Origin: Treponemataceae bacterium
Lineage (GTDB): Bacteria > Spirochaetota > Spirochaetia > Treponematales > Rectinemataceae
DNA length: 64,000 nucleotides
Assembly: GCA_963678065.2 (NCBI GenBank)
Contig: CAXXVZ010000003.1
Location: forward strand, 128,001 to 192,000
Direction: 5' to 3'
The notes below the pieces were generated by a model, which worked only from the letters and a program-made list of their open reading frames with translations, was not told the DNA's origin and searched no databases. The position numbers were made by a program, and so were the translations under genes. Of this stretch, positions 1 to 8,510 are shown one piece after another; position 1 is the first letter of the stretch; the number at the start of each line of letters is the position of its first letter.

Positions 1-2
1 GG

Positions 3-428
3 GAGGAGTCCTCCTGCGAGTTTCCCCTCCACGTCGACGCGGACCGCCAGCATCGGACCATCATCGACGCGCACAGGGGCAAGGAGTCCAAAACCTTCTT
101 CAAGGTCCTCGCCCGCTACAAGGGCAGATCCCTCATCGAGGCCAGGCCCGAGACAGGCAGGACTCACCAGATCCGCGTCCACCTCGCGGCCATCGGCTTT
201 CCCATCGTGGGCGATCCCCTCTATGGCGACGGAAAGCCCCTCCTTCTGTCGACGATAAAGAGAGGCTGGAAGGGCGATCCCTTCGCCGAGAGGCCGCTCC
301 TGGCCCGGACGGCTCTCCACGCCATGCGCGTCGAGTTCGTCCACCCCGTCTCGGGGCAGATGACGGTCATAGAGTCTCCCTATCCCAAGGACTTCCGGGC
401 CTCCGTCAACCAGCTATCGAACGCCTGA
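3..428 (+). CDS. RluA-family pseudouridine synthase, C-terminal part (5' end outside window)
   Basis: Frame 3 is open from the window start and reads TGRTHQIRVHLAAIGFPIVGDPLYG...RTALHA, the RluA/C/D C-terminal motifs. Confidence 0.9.
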   Translation, partial: EESSCEFPLHVDADRQHRTIIDAHRGKESKTFFKVLARYKGRSLIEARPETGRTHQIRVHLAAIGFPIVGDPLYGDGKPLLLSTIKRGWKGDPFAERPLLARTALHAMRVEFVHPVSGQMTVIESPYPKDFRASVNQLSNA

Positions 429-451
429 TTCGCAACTTGCAGTGAGGTCGT

Positions 452-940
452 TCATTCGAAGGCGAGTTCGTCGATCAGGAGGAGTTCCGGGCACTCGGGA
501 CAGAGGCGCCAGTCGGCATCGTTGCCGAGTATGCCGGTGACGCCGATGACCCTGGCGGTGGCGATGTGGATGGCGTCCATGCTGCCGAGCCGGTACAGGC
601 GCCTGAGGCGCGCCGCTTCCTCGGCGACCGCCACGTCGACGACGCGGGTCTGAATCCTCGCGGAATCCGAAAGGAGCCTGCGGTAGTCGTCGGCTGAGGC
701 TGTTCCGCACTCTTTCCCTTCACTGCGACCCCGCCCGGGAGAGAGGACTTCCATCCACGCCATGGCCGAGACCCAGAACGAGGCGCGCCCGAGAGAAGCG
801 GCTTCCAGGTAGCCGGCGACAACCTTCCGCCTCGCGAGGCTTCCTTCCAGGAGATACACGAGGGCCGAGCTGTCCAGGAGAAATGCCTCCACTTCTCGCG
901 ATTTCCTGTCCTGCGTGGCTGAGCGGGTGTCAATGTGCAT
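452..940 (-). CDS. PIN-domain (VapC-like) ribonuclease
   Basis: C-terminal 162 aa of ORF 452..1828: LLDSSALVY, AWMEVL, AEEAARLR, MDAIHIATA, GNDADW give the four PIN acidic residues. Start is ATG 940 or GTG 892. Confidence 0.85.
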   Translation of the reverse strand: MHIDTRSATQDRKSREVEAFLLDSSALVYLLEGSLARRKVVAGYLEAASLGRASFWVSAMAWMEVLSPGRGRSEGKECGTASADDYRRLLSDSARIQTRVVDVAVAEEAARLRRLYRLGSMDAIHIATARVIGVTGILGNDADWRLCPECPELLLIDELAFE

Positions 941-1036
941 ACCCGCATTCTCGCACTGGCGTGGGCGGACTTGCAATGCCGCCCTCTCCCTTTGAGGAAG
1001 ACTCCATCCGGCGAGGCGGTGTATACTGTGCGCCGG

Positions 1037-3463
1037 ATGATGAAGTGTTCCGGTTGCATTGTCGACGCATTCCTGTCCAGCGACAGGTCCATGGTTCTCG
1101 CCGCCGGCCGGCTCGGGGATGGGCGCAGTTTTGCCTTTTCGCTGAAGGCCCGGGGCAAGGAGTTTTTTTCCCTCCGCCCGGAATCCGCCTCTCTCCCGCC
1201 CTCCGTTCGGGGAGCCTTCGTCGATCCTGATCCCTGGCAGAGCTTTGAGGGACTGGCCTGCACGAGGCTTTTTCTGCCTCCGGGGCTGGACTTTCCGAAA
1301 GAGGAATCCGGAAGGGAAAACCTGCGCACCTTGCCCGCGCCCTCGCGTCCGGCCTGGGATCTTTTCGCGGAACTCGGCATCGGTGTGTGCGTCGACATCG
1401 AAGGGGAGGCGCGCCCGGGGAATGCTGTCGATCTGTACTTCGCCGAGCCTTCCATTGCTCCCGACACGGAAGATGGCGAAATGCTTTTTCGCTGGCTCGC
1501 CCTCGACATCGAGACAGACAGGGATTCCCGTATCGTCGCCATCTCTCTCGCCTGCGACGGGTCGCCGGCAGGACGGCTCCGCGAAGTGCTCTTCCTCGGA
1601 CCGGAGACGGGGGCAAAGGCTGTGCGCAGCTTCGCTACGGAAGCTGATCTTCTCGTGGCTCTCGCAATCCGCTTGCGCAAGATCGATCCCGATGTCATCA
1701 CCGGCTGGAATGTCATCGATTTCGATTTCCGGCTCCTGTGCTCGCGCTACGAGGCGCTTGGCCTGCCATTCAGGGCTGCGCGCACCGCGCTGCCCGTGAG
1801 CTTTTCCTTCGCCGGCGGGAACGTGCACAGGGGTTTCGTGACCATCCAGGGTCGGGTGGTCCTCGACGCGATGCGCCTCGTGAGGGGCCTGGGTATCCGC
1901 TTCGAGGACCAGAGCCTCGACACGGTCGCGCGCCGCATCCTCGGTCTCGGCAAGACAGTGAGCGAACGCGGCGAGGATAAACTCGCGCGGCTCGAGGCGC
2001 TGAGGAGGGATGAGCCCGCGGCCTTTTGCGCCTACTGCCTCGCCGATTCCTCACTCGTGCTTTCAATCCTGGAAGCGACGAAACTCGCCGCCCTCAGCAT
2101 GAAGCGTTCCGTCCTGACAGGCACCAGCCTCGATATCGCATGGACGAGCATACCTGTCTTCGAGAGGGTCTACGGCGCGGAACTCCGGAGGCGGCGGATA
2201 GTCCCACTCGCGAGGTCGGAGCGCGAGGTCTCCGGTGCGGCCGGCGGAACCATACTCGATCCCGTAGCCGGGCTCTTCGAAAATGTTCTCGTCTTCGATT
2301 TCCGGAGTCTGTATCCCTCCATAATGCGGAGCTTCAACATCGATCCATTCGCCAGGGCGAGGGCCATGGCCCATCCCCGGGACTCGGACATACTCGCCCC
2401 GAACGGCGCGCGTTTTGCGCGGGAGGAAGGCATCATGCCCTCCCTTATCCGGAACTATGCGGCCGAACGCGAGAAGGCTCTCGCCTCCGGCGACGATTCT
2501 GCCGCCTATGTCCTCAAAATCCTGCAGAATTCTTTCTATGGCGTGCTCGGCTCGACCCAGTGCGCCTACGCGCGGACCGACCTCGCCGGGGCGATCACTT
2601 CTTTCGGACGGAAATTCCTCCACGCCTCGCGGGATTGGTTCGAGTCGGGCGGCAGGCGGGTGCTCTATGGCGACACGGATTCCGTGTTCGTTCAGGCCCT
2701 TCCGGCAGACGGATCAGGCTATTCTGTCCTTTCGGAACTCGGAAGCGAACTCGCCGGGAGACTCGACGCCTATCTTTCGGAGCTTGTCCGGACGGAATAC
2801 GGCCTCGAGTCCTTCCTCAGGATACGCTGCGAGAAGGTTTACGGACGCTTCCTCATCCCGCGGCTCAGAATGGATGATGGCGGCAGGGCGGCGAGGGGCG
2901 CCGCAGGCCTCGAAGGCGTCGACGACGATGCAGAGCCGGGAGAACTCACCGTCCGGGGCAGGTCCAAGGGTTACGCCGGGCTCGAACTCTGCCCCGATGG
3001 CAGCCGGGTCGAGATCAAGGGCATGGAGGCCGCACGTTCGGACTGGACTGCCCTCGCGAGGCGCTTCCAGACTGAACTGATCGGCCTCGTGTTCGCGGGC
3101 GGAGGGCCGAAAGAGGCTAAAGACCATTGCCGGCTGACAGAGGCCGAACTGCGCTCGGGTCGGCTTGACGGGGAGCTGGTCTACCGGAAGAACCTGAGGA
3201 GGCCGGTCTCCGCCTACGCATCCGAATCTCCCCAGGTCAAGGCCGCGCGCCTCATGGGCTGGACTGCCAGACGAGGTCTCATCGCCTATGTCATGACGAG
3301 GCGCGGTCCCCGGCCCGAGTCGGATGTAGATGCCCCGATCGATTACGGCCACTATGTGGAGAAGCAGCTGGCGCCCATCGCCCGCTCGGTGGCCGGAGCC
3401 TGCGGCTGGAAGGCCGGTGACTGGTTCGCCGGATCAGGCCAGATCGGTTTCGACTTCGACTGA
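1037..3463 (+). CDS. polB: DNA polymerase II (family B) with 3'-5' exonuclease
   Basis: Exo motifs LDIETD, GWNVIDFDF, YCLAD; polymerase motifs DFRSLYPS, KILQNSFYG, YGDTDS; C-terminal QIGF clamp-like motif. ATG 1037 chosen to avoid overlap with the PIN gene. Confidence 0.93.
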   Translation: MMKCSGCIVDAFLSSDRSMVLAAGRLGDGRSFAFSLKARGKEFFSLRPESASLPPSVRGAFVDPDPWQSFEGLACTRLFLPPGLDFPKEESGRENLRTLPAPSRPAWDLFAELGIGVCVDIEGEARPGNAVDLYFAEPSIAPDTEDGEMLFRWLALDIETDRDSRIVAISLACDGSPAGRLREVLFLGPETGAKAVRSFATEADLLVALAIRLRKIDPDVITGWNVIDFDFRLLCSRYEALGLPFRAARTALPVSFSFAGGNVHRGFVTIQGRVVLDAMRLVRGLGIRFEDQSLDTVARRILGLGKTVSERGEDKLARLEALRRDEPAAFCAYCLADSSLVLSILEATKLAALSMKRSVLTGTSLDIAWTSIPVFERVYGAELRRRRIVPLARSEREVSGAAGGTILDPVAGLFENVLVFDFRSLYPSIMRSFNIDPFARARAMAHPRDSDILAPNGARFAREEGIMPSLIRNYAAEREKALASGDDSAAYVLKILQNSFYGVLGSTQCAYARTDLAGAITSFGRKFLHASRDWFESGGRRVLYGDTDSVFVQALPADGSGYSVLSELGSELAGRLDAYLSELVRTEYGLESFLRIRCEKVYGRFLIPRLRMDDGGRAARGAAGLEGVDDDAEPGELTVRGRSKGYAGLELCPDGSRVEIKGMEAARSDWTALARRFQTELIGLVFAGGGPKEAKDHCRLTEAELRSGRLDGELVYRKNLRRPVSAYASESPQVKAARLMGWTARRGLIAYVMTRRGPRPESDVDAPIDYGHYVEKQLAPIARSVAGACGWKAGDWFAGSGQIGFDFD

Positions 3464-3464
3464 C

Positions 3465-3544
3465 CGCTCAGCGATTACTTCCGCCAAGCGACTACTGGTT
3501 GCCAGGCAGCTACTGATCACTCGGCGACTATTCGTCGCTCAGCG
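3465..3544. repeat. Degenerate ~18-bp tandem repeat (~4.5 copies) between convergent polB and ppiC
   Basis: gcgattacttccgccaa / gcgactactggttgccag / gcagctactgatcactcg / gcgactattcgtcgctca; cgctcagcg occurs at both 3465 and 3536. Confidence 0.55.
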
Positions 3545-3814
3545 TCGACCCGTGAGTTTGATGATGTGGTAGCCGAACTGTGTCTGCACGACATCGGATA
3601 TCGATCCGAGACCGAGATTCTTGCAGGCGTACTCGAAGCTCTGGACCATCTTGCCGGGGCCGAACCATCCGAGGTCTCCTCCCGATGATTTGGATGGGCA
3701 GGTCGAGTATTCGCGGGCGAGGCTTTCGAAGCTGGCGCCTGTCTTGGCGCGTTTCAGCAACTCCTGTGCCAGGGCCCTGTCTTTCACCAGAATGTGGCTG
3801 GCCTTCCATTCCAC
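3539..3814 (-). CDS. ppiC: Parvulin-type peptidyl-prolyl cis-trans isomerase
   Basis: ASHILVK, FESLAREYSTCPS, GGDLGWF, TQFGYHII; 91 aa; GGAGG RBS before the GTG. Confidence 0.95.
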   Translation of the reverse strand: MEWKASHILVKDRALAQELLKRAKTGASFESLAREYSTCPSKSSGGDLGWFGPGKMVQSFEYACKNLGLGSISDVVQTQFGYHIIKLTGRR

Positions 3815-3827
3815 GATTCACCTCCGG

Positions 3828-3869
3828 ATTGTTCGAATCTATTTATACATTGTTCGTATCTATTTATAC
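3828..3869. repeat. 21-bp direct repeat x2 spanning the aminotransferase stop codon
   Basis: attgttcgaatctatttatac (3828-3848) and attgttcgtatctatttatac (3849-3869), one mismatch. Confidence 0.85.
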
Positions 3870-5215
3870 CGTGCCTGAAATTCCGCGAAGAGCTTCACGA
3901 CTTCCCTGATTTTTTCCGTGGGCGGCAGGATGGTCGTGCGGAAGTGAGCTGTTCCCGGCGACTGCCCGAAGCCCGTCCCCGGAACGACGCAGATGCCTGT
4001 CTCCTCGAGGAGACTCATGCAGTACTCCTCGTCGGTCTTCCCGGCGGGGATGCTGATGGAAGGAAAGGCGTACATGGCCCCCGCGACGGTGTTGCAGACT
4101 ATGCCCGGAATCGCGTTCAGGCCTTGTGCGAGGAGGATGGCCCGCTCTTTCAGTTCGCTCAGGATGGCGTCGCGCTCCGCGACGAAGGCGGCGTAGCTCT
4201 CGTCGCCCTCTTTCGGAGGCCTGACCATGAGGTAGGTCGCGACCTGGCCGGGCAGGTTGGAGCAGAGGCTCACTGACTGCAGCTTGGTTATCTGTGCACT
4301 CACCTCCGGTCCGATGTTGCGCAACTCCATGTAGCCTCCCCTGTGCCCGCACTCGCCGAGATAGCCCTTGGAGCAGCTGTGGAAGCTGAACAGCGAGACA
4401 TCCGTCTCGCCCAGCTCCGACATGACCTTCGCAAAGCTCGTGAAGCGGTCGCCCGGCCTGTAAATGTTTTCCTGGTAGACTTCGTCCGCGATTATCGCGA
4501 GACCTTTCGCCTTCGCGAAACCGATGATCATGGCGATGTTGTCCCTGTCCAGGACCGAGCCGGTCGGATTGCCGGGGTTGATGACGGAGATGGCCTTGAC
4601 CCTGGTCCCCGCGTCGCGGGCTGCCGCGATGGACTTCTCGAGCCTGCCGAGGGAGAGCTTCCAGTCGTTCGCCTCGTCGAGGTAGTAGGGAACCTGCCTT
4701 CCTTCATAGAGTGTGATGGTGGCGGAGTAGAGAGGATACTGGGGAATCGGGATCATGATGCCATCCGAGGGTCCGGCGATGAGGACCCTGAGGGCTGTCT
4801 GGACTCCCTTGGAGGCGCCGTCGGTGATGTAGATCGACTCAGGATCGGCTGAAATCCCGTCGCGGGCCGCGATGAACGCGGCGATGGCGTCGCGGACGAA
4901 CTTCATGCCCTTGGACTCGGAGTACGCGCCAAGGCCGTAGCGCGAGCCTGAGAGGATGGTTTTGGCCGTGCGGAGGATGTCGGAGGGAAAGGCCACGGAG
5001 GCGGATTCCATCAGCTCGGGGTACTCGCAGAGCGCAAGCACCTGACGGATGTAGGTCAGGGGCTTCTGTTCGAGAGCCTGAGGGTTGCCGATGTTGCAGT
5101 AGATGATCTTTTTCCCGGCTCGCTCCAGTTCCTGGGCGCGGGCCACGATTGGTCCGCGGACAGCGTATTGGGTTTCGAGAACCGCCTTTCCCAGATCCCT
5201 GATCGTGATGGCCAT
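3860..5215 (-). CDS. PLP-dependent class I/II aminotransferase, alanine aminotransferase (GPT/AlaAT) type
   Basis: YAVRG, NIGNPQ, GAYSESKG, NPGNPTG, DEVYQEN, SFHSCSKG (PLP lysine), GECGHRGGY, HFRTTILP; start at MAITIRDL. Confidence 0.9.
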   Translation of the reverse strand: MAITIRDLGKAVLETQYAVRGPIVARAQELERAGKKIIYCNIGNPQALEQKPLTYIRQVLALCEYPELMESASVAFPSDILRTAKTILSGSRYGLGAYSESKGMKFVRDAIAAFIAARDGISADPESIYITDGASKGVQTALRVLIAGPSDGIMIPIPQYPLYSATITLYEGRQVPYYLDEANDWKLSLGRLEKSIAAARDAGTRVKAISVINPGNPTGSVLDRDNIAMIIGFAKAKGLAIIADEVYQENIYRPGDRFTSFAKVMSELGETDVSLFSFHSCSKGYLGECGHRGGYMELRNIGPEVSAQITKLQSVSLCSNLPGQVATYLMVRPPKEGDESYAAFVAERDAILSELKERAILLAQGLNAIPGIVCNTVAGAMYAFPSISIPAGKTDEEYCMSLLEETGICVVPGTGFGQSPGTAHFRTTILPPTEKIREVVKLFAEFQARYK

Positions 5216-5348
5216 GAGCAACCCCCGTATTGAGTTGAATGCGCGATGTTGGACGGTTTTGCCAACGATTTCCGTTCCCGTCGAGGGGAATGGTTCACGG
5301 GGACAAAATATGCTAAGTTGTGCACAGCAATCAAGTGGAGCTTCCGAA

Positions 5349-6293
5349 GTGCCCGAATACCTGCTTGCCCTGTATGTTCTGACTGCACTCCTCGTCCTCT
5401 CTCCGGTTCTGGTCGCCCTCATTGCCTACAGGAAGATGCTCAGGATAAGGCGGGTCAAAACCGAATCCATCGAGAGGATAAGCCTCGAAAAGTGCGAATT
5501 TCCCCCGGAAATCCTCCTGAAACCCTGGATCGCCGACACTGTTGCTTCGAAGCACGGCTACGATCTCAAAGTCCATGCCCTGCCCGGCAGCATCACTCGT
5601 CTCGCCATCTTCCACCACGGAGTGTCCTGGAACTGGATGGGAACCATCAAGTATATGAGCGCTTTCATCGACGAGGGCTGGACTGTCGTAGCCTACGACT
5701 GTCGGGGCCACGGAGAATCCGGCGGCGGCAACCCCTCCTACGGCTTTTTCGAAAAAGACGACCTCAAAACCGTCGCCGATTGGGCCCTCGCGCACTATCC
5801 CTGCGGGGACGGCTTCGTCGTCCACGGAGAGTCTCTGGGCGGAGCGACGGTGCTCCAGTACGCTCCCCTCGACTCCCGCCTGGACGCCGTCATAGCGGAC
5901 TGTCCGTTTTCGAGCGCAGCGGCCGAACTCGACCACAGGCTCGCGATATTCTTGAAACTAGGTTTCCTCCGCGCCCTCGTCGTCGCCCTTGTCGACTTCC
6001 TCGCGAAGAAGATAGATGGATTCAGCCTCTTCGACGCGGACTCTTCCGGGGCCATCGTCGCGACCGCGGTCCCCATCCTGTTCATCCACGGTAAGGAGGA
6101 TGACTACGTGCCCTGGATGATGTCGCTCGCCATGGCCGGACGTCGTAGGAAAGCCATGCCTGAAGCTCTGACGGAATTCCTCCTCGTGCCGGGAGCCCGC
6201 CACGCCGCCAGCTACAATGTCGACCCGGCCGGATACAATAAAGCCGTTTTCGGGTTCATCCGCCGGGTCAGCACACTGAAAGGAAAATCATGA
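5349..6293 (+). CDS. Membrane-anchored alpha/beta hydrolase
   Basis: N-terminal TM helix, HHG, YDCRGHGES, GESLGG nucleophile elbow, IHGKEDDYVP, GARHA; GTG start with GGAG upstream. Confidence 0.88.
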   Translation: MPEYLLALYVLTALLVLSPVLVALIAYRKMLRIRRVKTESIERISLEKCEFPPEILLKPWIADTVASKHGYDLKVHALPGSITRLAIFHHGVSWNWMGTIKYMSAFIDEGWTVVAYDCRGHGESGGGNPSYGFFEKDDLKTVADWALAHYPCGDGFVVHGESLGGATVLQYAPLDSRLDAVIADCPFSSAAAELDHRLAIFLKLGFLRALVVALVDFLAKKIDGFSLFDADSSGAIVATAVPILFIHGKEDDYVPWMMSLAMAGRRRKAMPEALTEFLLVPGARHAASYNVDPAGYNKAVFGFIRRVSTLKGKS

Positions 6294-7561
6294 ACGAACT
6301 CAAAGACACCACCATCCGTCCCGAACGCGCCTTCCTCGTCGGGGTCCAGACGGAATCCGGCTCGAAGACCGACAGCGAGAGCCTTCTGCGCGAGCTGTCG
6401 AGCCTCGCGTCCACCCTCGGCCTCGAGGTCGCGGGCACGATGATAGCGCGCCTCCGGGACAAGACTCCGGCCCTCCTTTTCGGGACGGGCAAGGCCGACG
6501 AGATCGTCGCCGCGGCCACGGCCGCCGGAGCCGATTCCATCCTTTTCGACCACATCCTCTCTCCCGTCCAGCAGCGGAACTGGGAAACCCTCTCCGGTCT
6601 CAAGGCCTTCGACAGGGCGGAACTCATCATCCGTATCTTCGCATCGAGGGCTCTGACCCGGGATGCCGGGCTCCAGGTCGAACTCGCCCAGCTCAAGTAT
6701 TCCCTGCCGCGGCTCGCTCACTCCTACGACGCACTCTCCCGGCAGAGGGGCGGACGCTACGGGACCAAGGGCAAGGGCGAGCAGAAGATAGAGCTCGACA
6801 GACGGGAGATCGAGCGCCGCATCCATGAAATAGAGGAAGAGCTCAAGGATGTCCGCAAGTCGCGGGACGTACAGAAGCGCAGGCGGGAACGGCAGACCAT
6901 CCCGCGCGCGGCCGTCGTCGGCTACACGAACGCGGGCAAGTCGAGCCTCCTCAACGCTCTCACGAAGGCCGAGGTTCTCGTCGAGGACAAGCTCTTCGCC
7001 ACCCTCGACCCGACGACGCGGAGGATCAGCCTCACGGGCGGCGGCATTCTCCTTCTCACGGACACCGTCGGCTTCGTGCGGAACCTTCCCCATCACCTCG
7101 TGGAGGCCTTCAAGGCGACGCTGGAAGAGGCGGCCGACGCCGATCTCCTCGTCCACGTGGCGGATGCCTCGGATCCGGAAGTGGAGGCCCACATGGAGAC
7201 GACAGGCGCTGTCCTCAGGGAGATCGGCGCCGCCGATATTCCTTCGATCCTTGTCCTCAACAAGGTTGACCTCGTGGACGCGGAAGTGGCCGAGCGGTGG
7301 CGCCAGGCTCATCCGGATGGCATGCATGTCTCCGCGCTGACGGGGGAGGGGCTTCCGGGGCTCAAGGCGGCGATCGAAGACAGTCTCACCGCCCGCGACG
7401 ACGAAGTCCTCCTCCGGCTGCCCCACGCGGATTACAGCCTCGTCACCCTCCTGTACCGTCAGGCGAGCGTCATCTCGGAAAGCCAGGAAGAGGATGCGAC
7501 TCTCATTCGCTGCAGGCTGCCTGAGCGTTTGGCTAGCCGTTTCGAGGTTTACAAGGTCTGA
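6290..7561 (+). CDS. hflX: Ribosome-splitting GTPase HflX
   Basis: LQVELAQLKYSLPRL, GYTNAGKSS, LFATLDPT, DTVGF, NKVD. Confidence 0.97.
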   Translation: MNELKDTTIRPERAFLVGVQTESGSKTDSESLLRELSSLASTLGLEVAGTMIARLRDKTPALLFGTGKADEIVAAATAAGADSILFDHILSPVQQRNWETLSGLKAFDRAELIIRIFASRALTRDAGLQVELAQLKYSLPRLAHSYDALSRQRGGRYGTKGKGEQKIELDRREIERRIHEIEEELKDVRKSRDVQKRRRERQTIPRAAVVGYTNAGKSSLLNALTKAEVLVEDKLFATLDPTTRRISLTGGGILLLTDTVGFVRNLPHHLVEAFKATLEEAADADLLVHVADASDPEVEAHMETTGAVLREIGAADIPSILVLNKVDLVDAEVAERWRQAHPDGMHVSALTGEGLPGLKAAIEDSLTARDDEVLLRLPHADYSLVTLLYRQASVISESQEEDATLIRCRLPERLASRFEVYKV

Positions 7562-8367
7562 TCGTCCCGGAGGAGGCGGATTTCGCCCGAAAAAAAGCTG
7601 CGCCTACCTTCTCCGGGTATCGAGAGCACGAGGCCGCCTTCCGCGTCGATTCCCTCGATGAGGCCGCGCTTCGTCTCCCGCGCGGTCGCGCGACCAGGGA
7701 GGAAGTCGGTCGCGCGACCAGGAAGAAAATCGGTCGCGAGGCCGCGCCGCCAGAGGCAGGACTCGAGTTCCTCCCTCCAGGTCAGATTGCGGCGGACGGC
7801 CTCCATCTCCTTCAAAAAAAGTGACAGCAGTTTCCAGCGATCGACCTCGCGGCCCGAGGCGAGCCTGAGGCTCGTCGTCGTTCCTTCTATAGAAGGGTCG
7901 AAGACTGTCTGGTTGGCGTTGACGCCGATCCCGATAAGGACAGCCCGCGAACCTGCCTCGCAGATGATGCCGGCCAGCTTTTTCCCTCCGACGAGGATAT
8001 CGTTCGGCCACTTCACTTCGACGGCGGGGAGACGGGGGATTTCGGCCCCTTCCGGATTCGCGGCGATCCACGCCATGCTCCGGATCGCCCTCTGCACGGC
8101 GAGCCCTGCCTTGAGCGGAAGGGCCGCCTCGTTCACGGCCTTTGCCGCGAGAACGAGGGTGAACATGAGGTTCTCCCCCGGAGGAGAGAGCCAGGCTCTC
8201 CCTTCGATCCTGCCTCGCCCGGAGTTCTGAAAGTCGGTCGCGACGAGGCTGCCCTCGGGGCAGCCCGCGAGGGCGAGCTCGCGCGCGTCGTGCATCGTCG
8301 ACCCGGTTTCGGAGAGGAAAAAGCACTGAGCCCCTGGCCAGGGATTCGGAATCGGCAGGATTTCCAT
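7549..8367 (-). CDS. birA: Biotin-[acetyl-CoA-carboxylase] ligase (no N-terminal HTH)
   Basis: TGSTM, QNSGRGR..RAW.SP, KWPNDI, KKLAGI, IGIGVN. Confidence 0.93.
   Translation of the reverse strand: MEILPIPNPWPGAQCFFLSETGSTMHDARELALAGCPEGSLVATDFQNSGRGRIEGRAWLSPPGENLMFTLVLAAKAVNEAALPLKAGLAVQRAIRSMAWIAANPEGAEIPRLPAVEVKWPNDILVGGKKLAGIICEAGSRAVLIGIGVNANQTVFDPSIEGTTTSLRLASGREVDRWKLLSLFLKEMEAVRRNLTWREELESCLWRRGLATDFLPGRATDFLPGRATARETKRGLIEGIDAEGGLVLSIPGEGRRSFFSGEIRLLRDDQTL
7683..7738 (-). repeat. In-frame 24-bp tandem duplication in birA (ATDFLPGR x2)
   Basis: Peptide ATDFLPGRATDFLPGRAT; the DNA copies differ only at three synonymous sites. Confidence 0.85.
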
Positions 8368-8436
8368 GGTTCCGGCATGGTAGGATGTGGCGGGCGCAGG
8401 GTTCAAGGTCTCCGGGCGGACCCGGTACGGCCAAGC

Positions 8437-8465
8437 TTTACGCGTACGCAGTGAAAAGCTATAAT
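8437..8465 (+). promoter_or_regulatory. Putative sigma70 promoter of glmS
   Basis: TTTACG-N17-TATAAT about 45 bp upstream of the ATG. Confidence 0.6.
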
Positions 8466-8510
8466 GACTAAACGGGTACATCCCGCATCCAGGATGAGAG
8501 GCAGGTCAGC

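Noticed and set aside
941..1828. N-terminal ~295 aa of ORF 452..1828
   Set aside because: Antisense shadow of polB; only the PIN portion is credible.
1037..3463. polB as a phage, casposon or pipolin marker
   Set aside because: It looks like cellular Pol II, has housekeeping neighbours, and no integrase, cas1 or terminal repeats are seen.
8466..8510. glmS ribozyme
   Set aside because: Only about 45 nt lie between the putative -10 and the ATG, too short, and no ribozyme core is visible.
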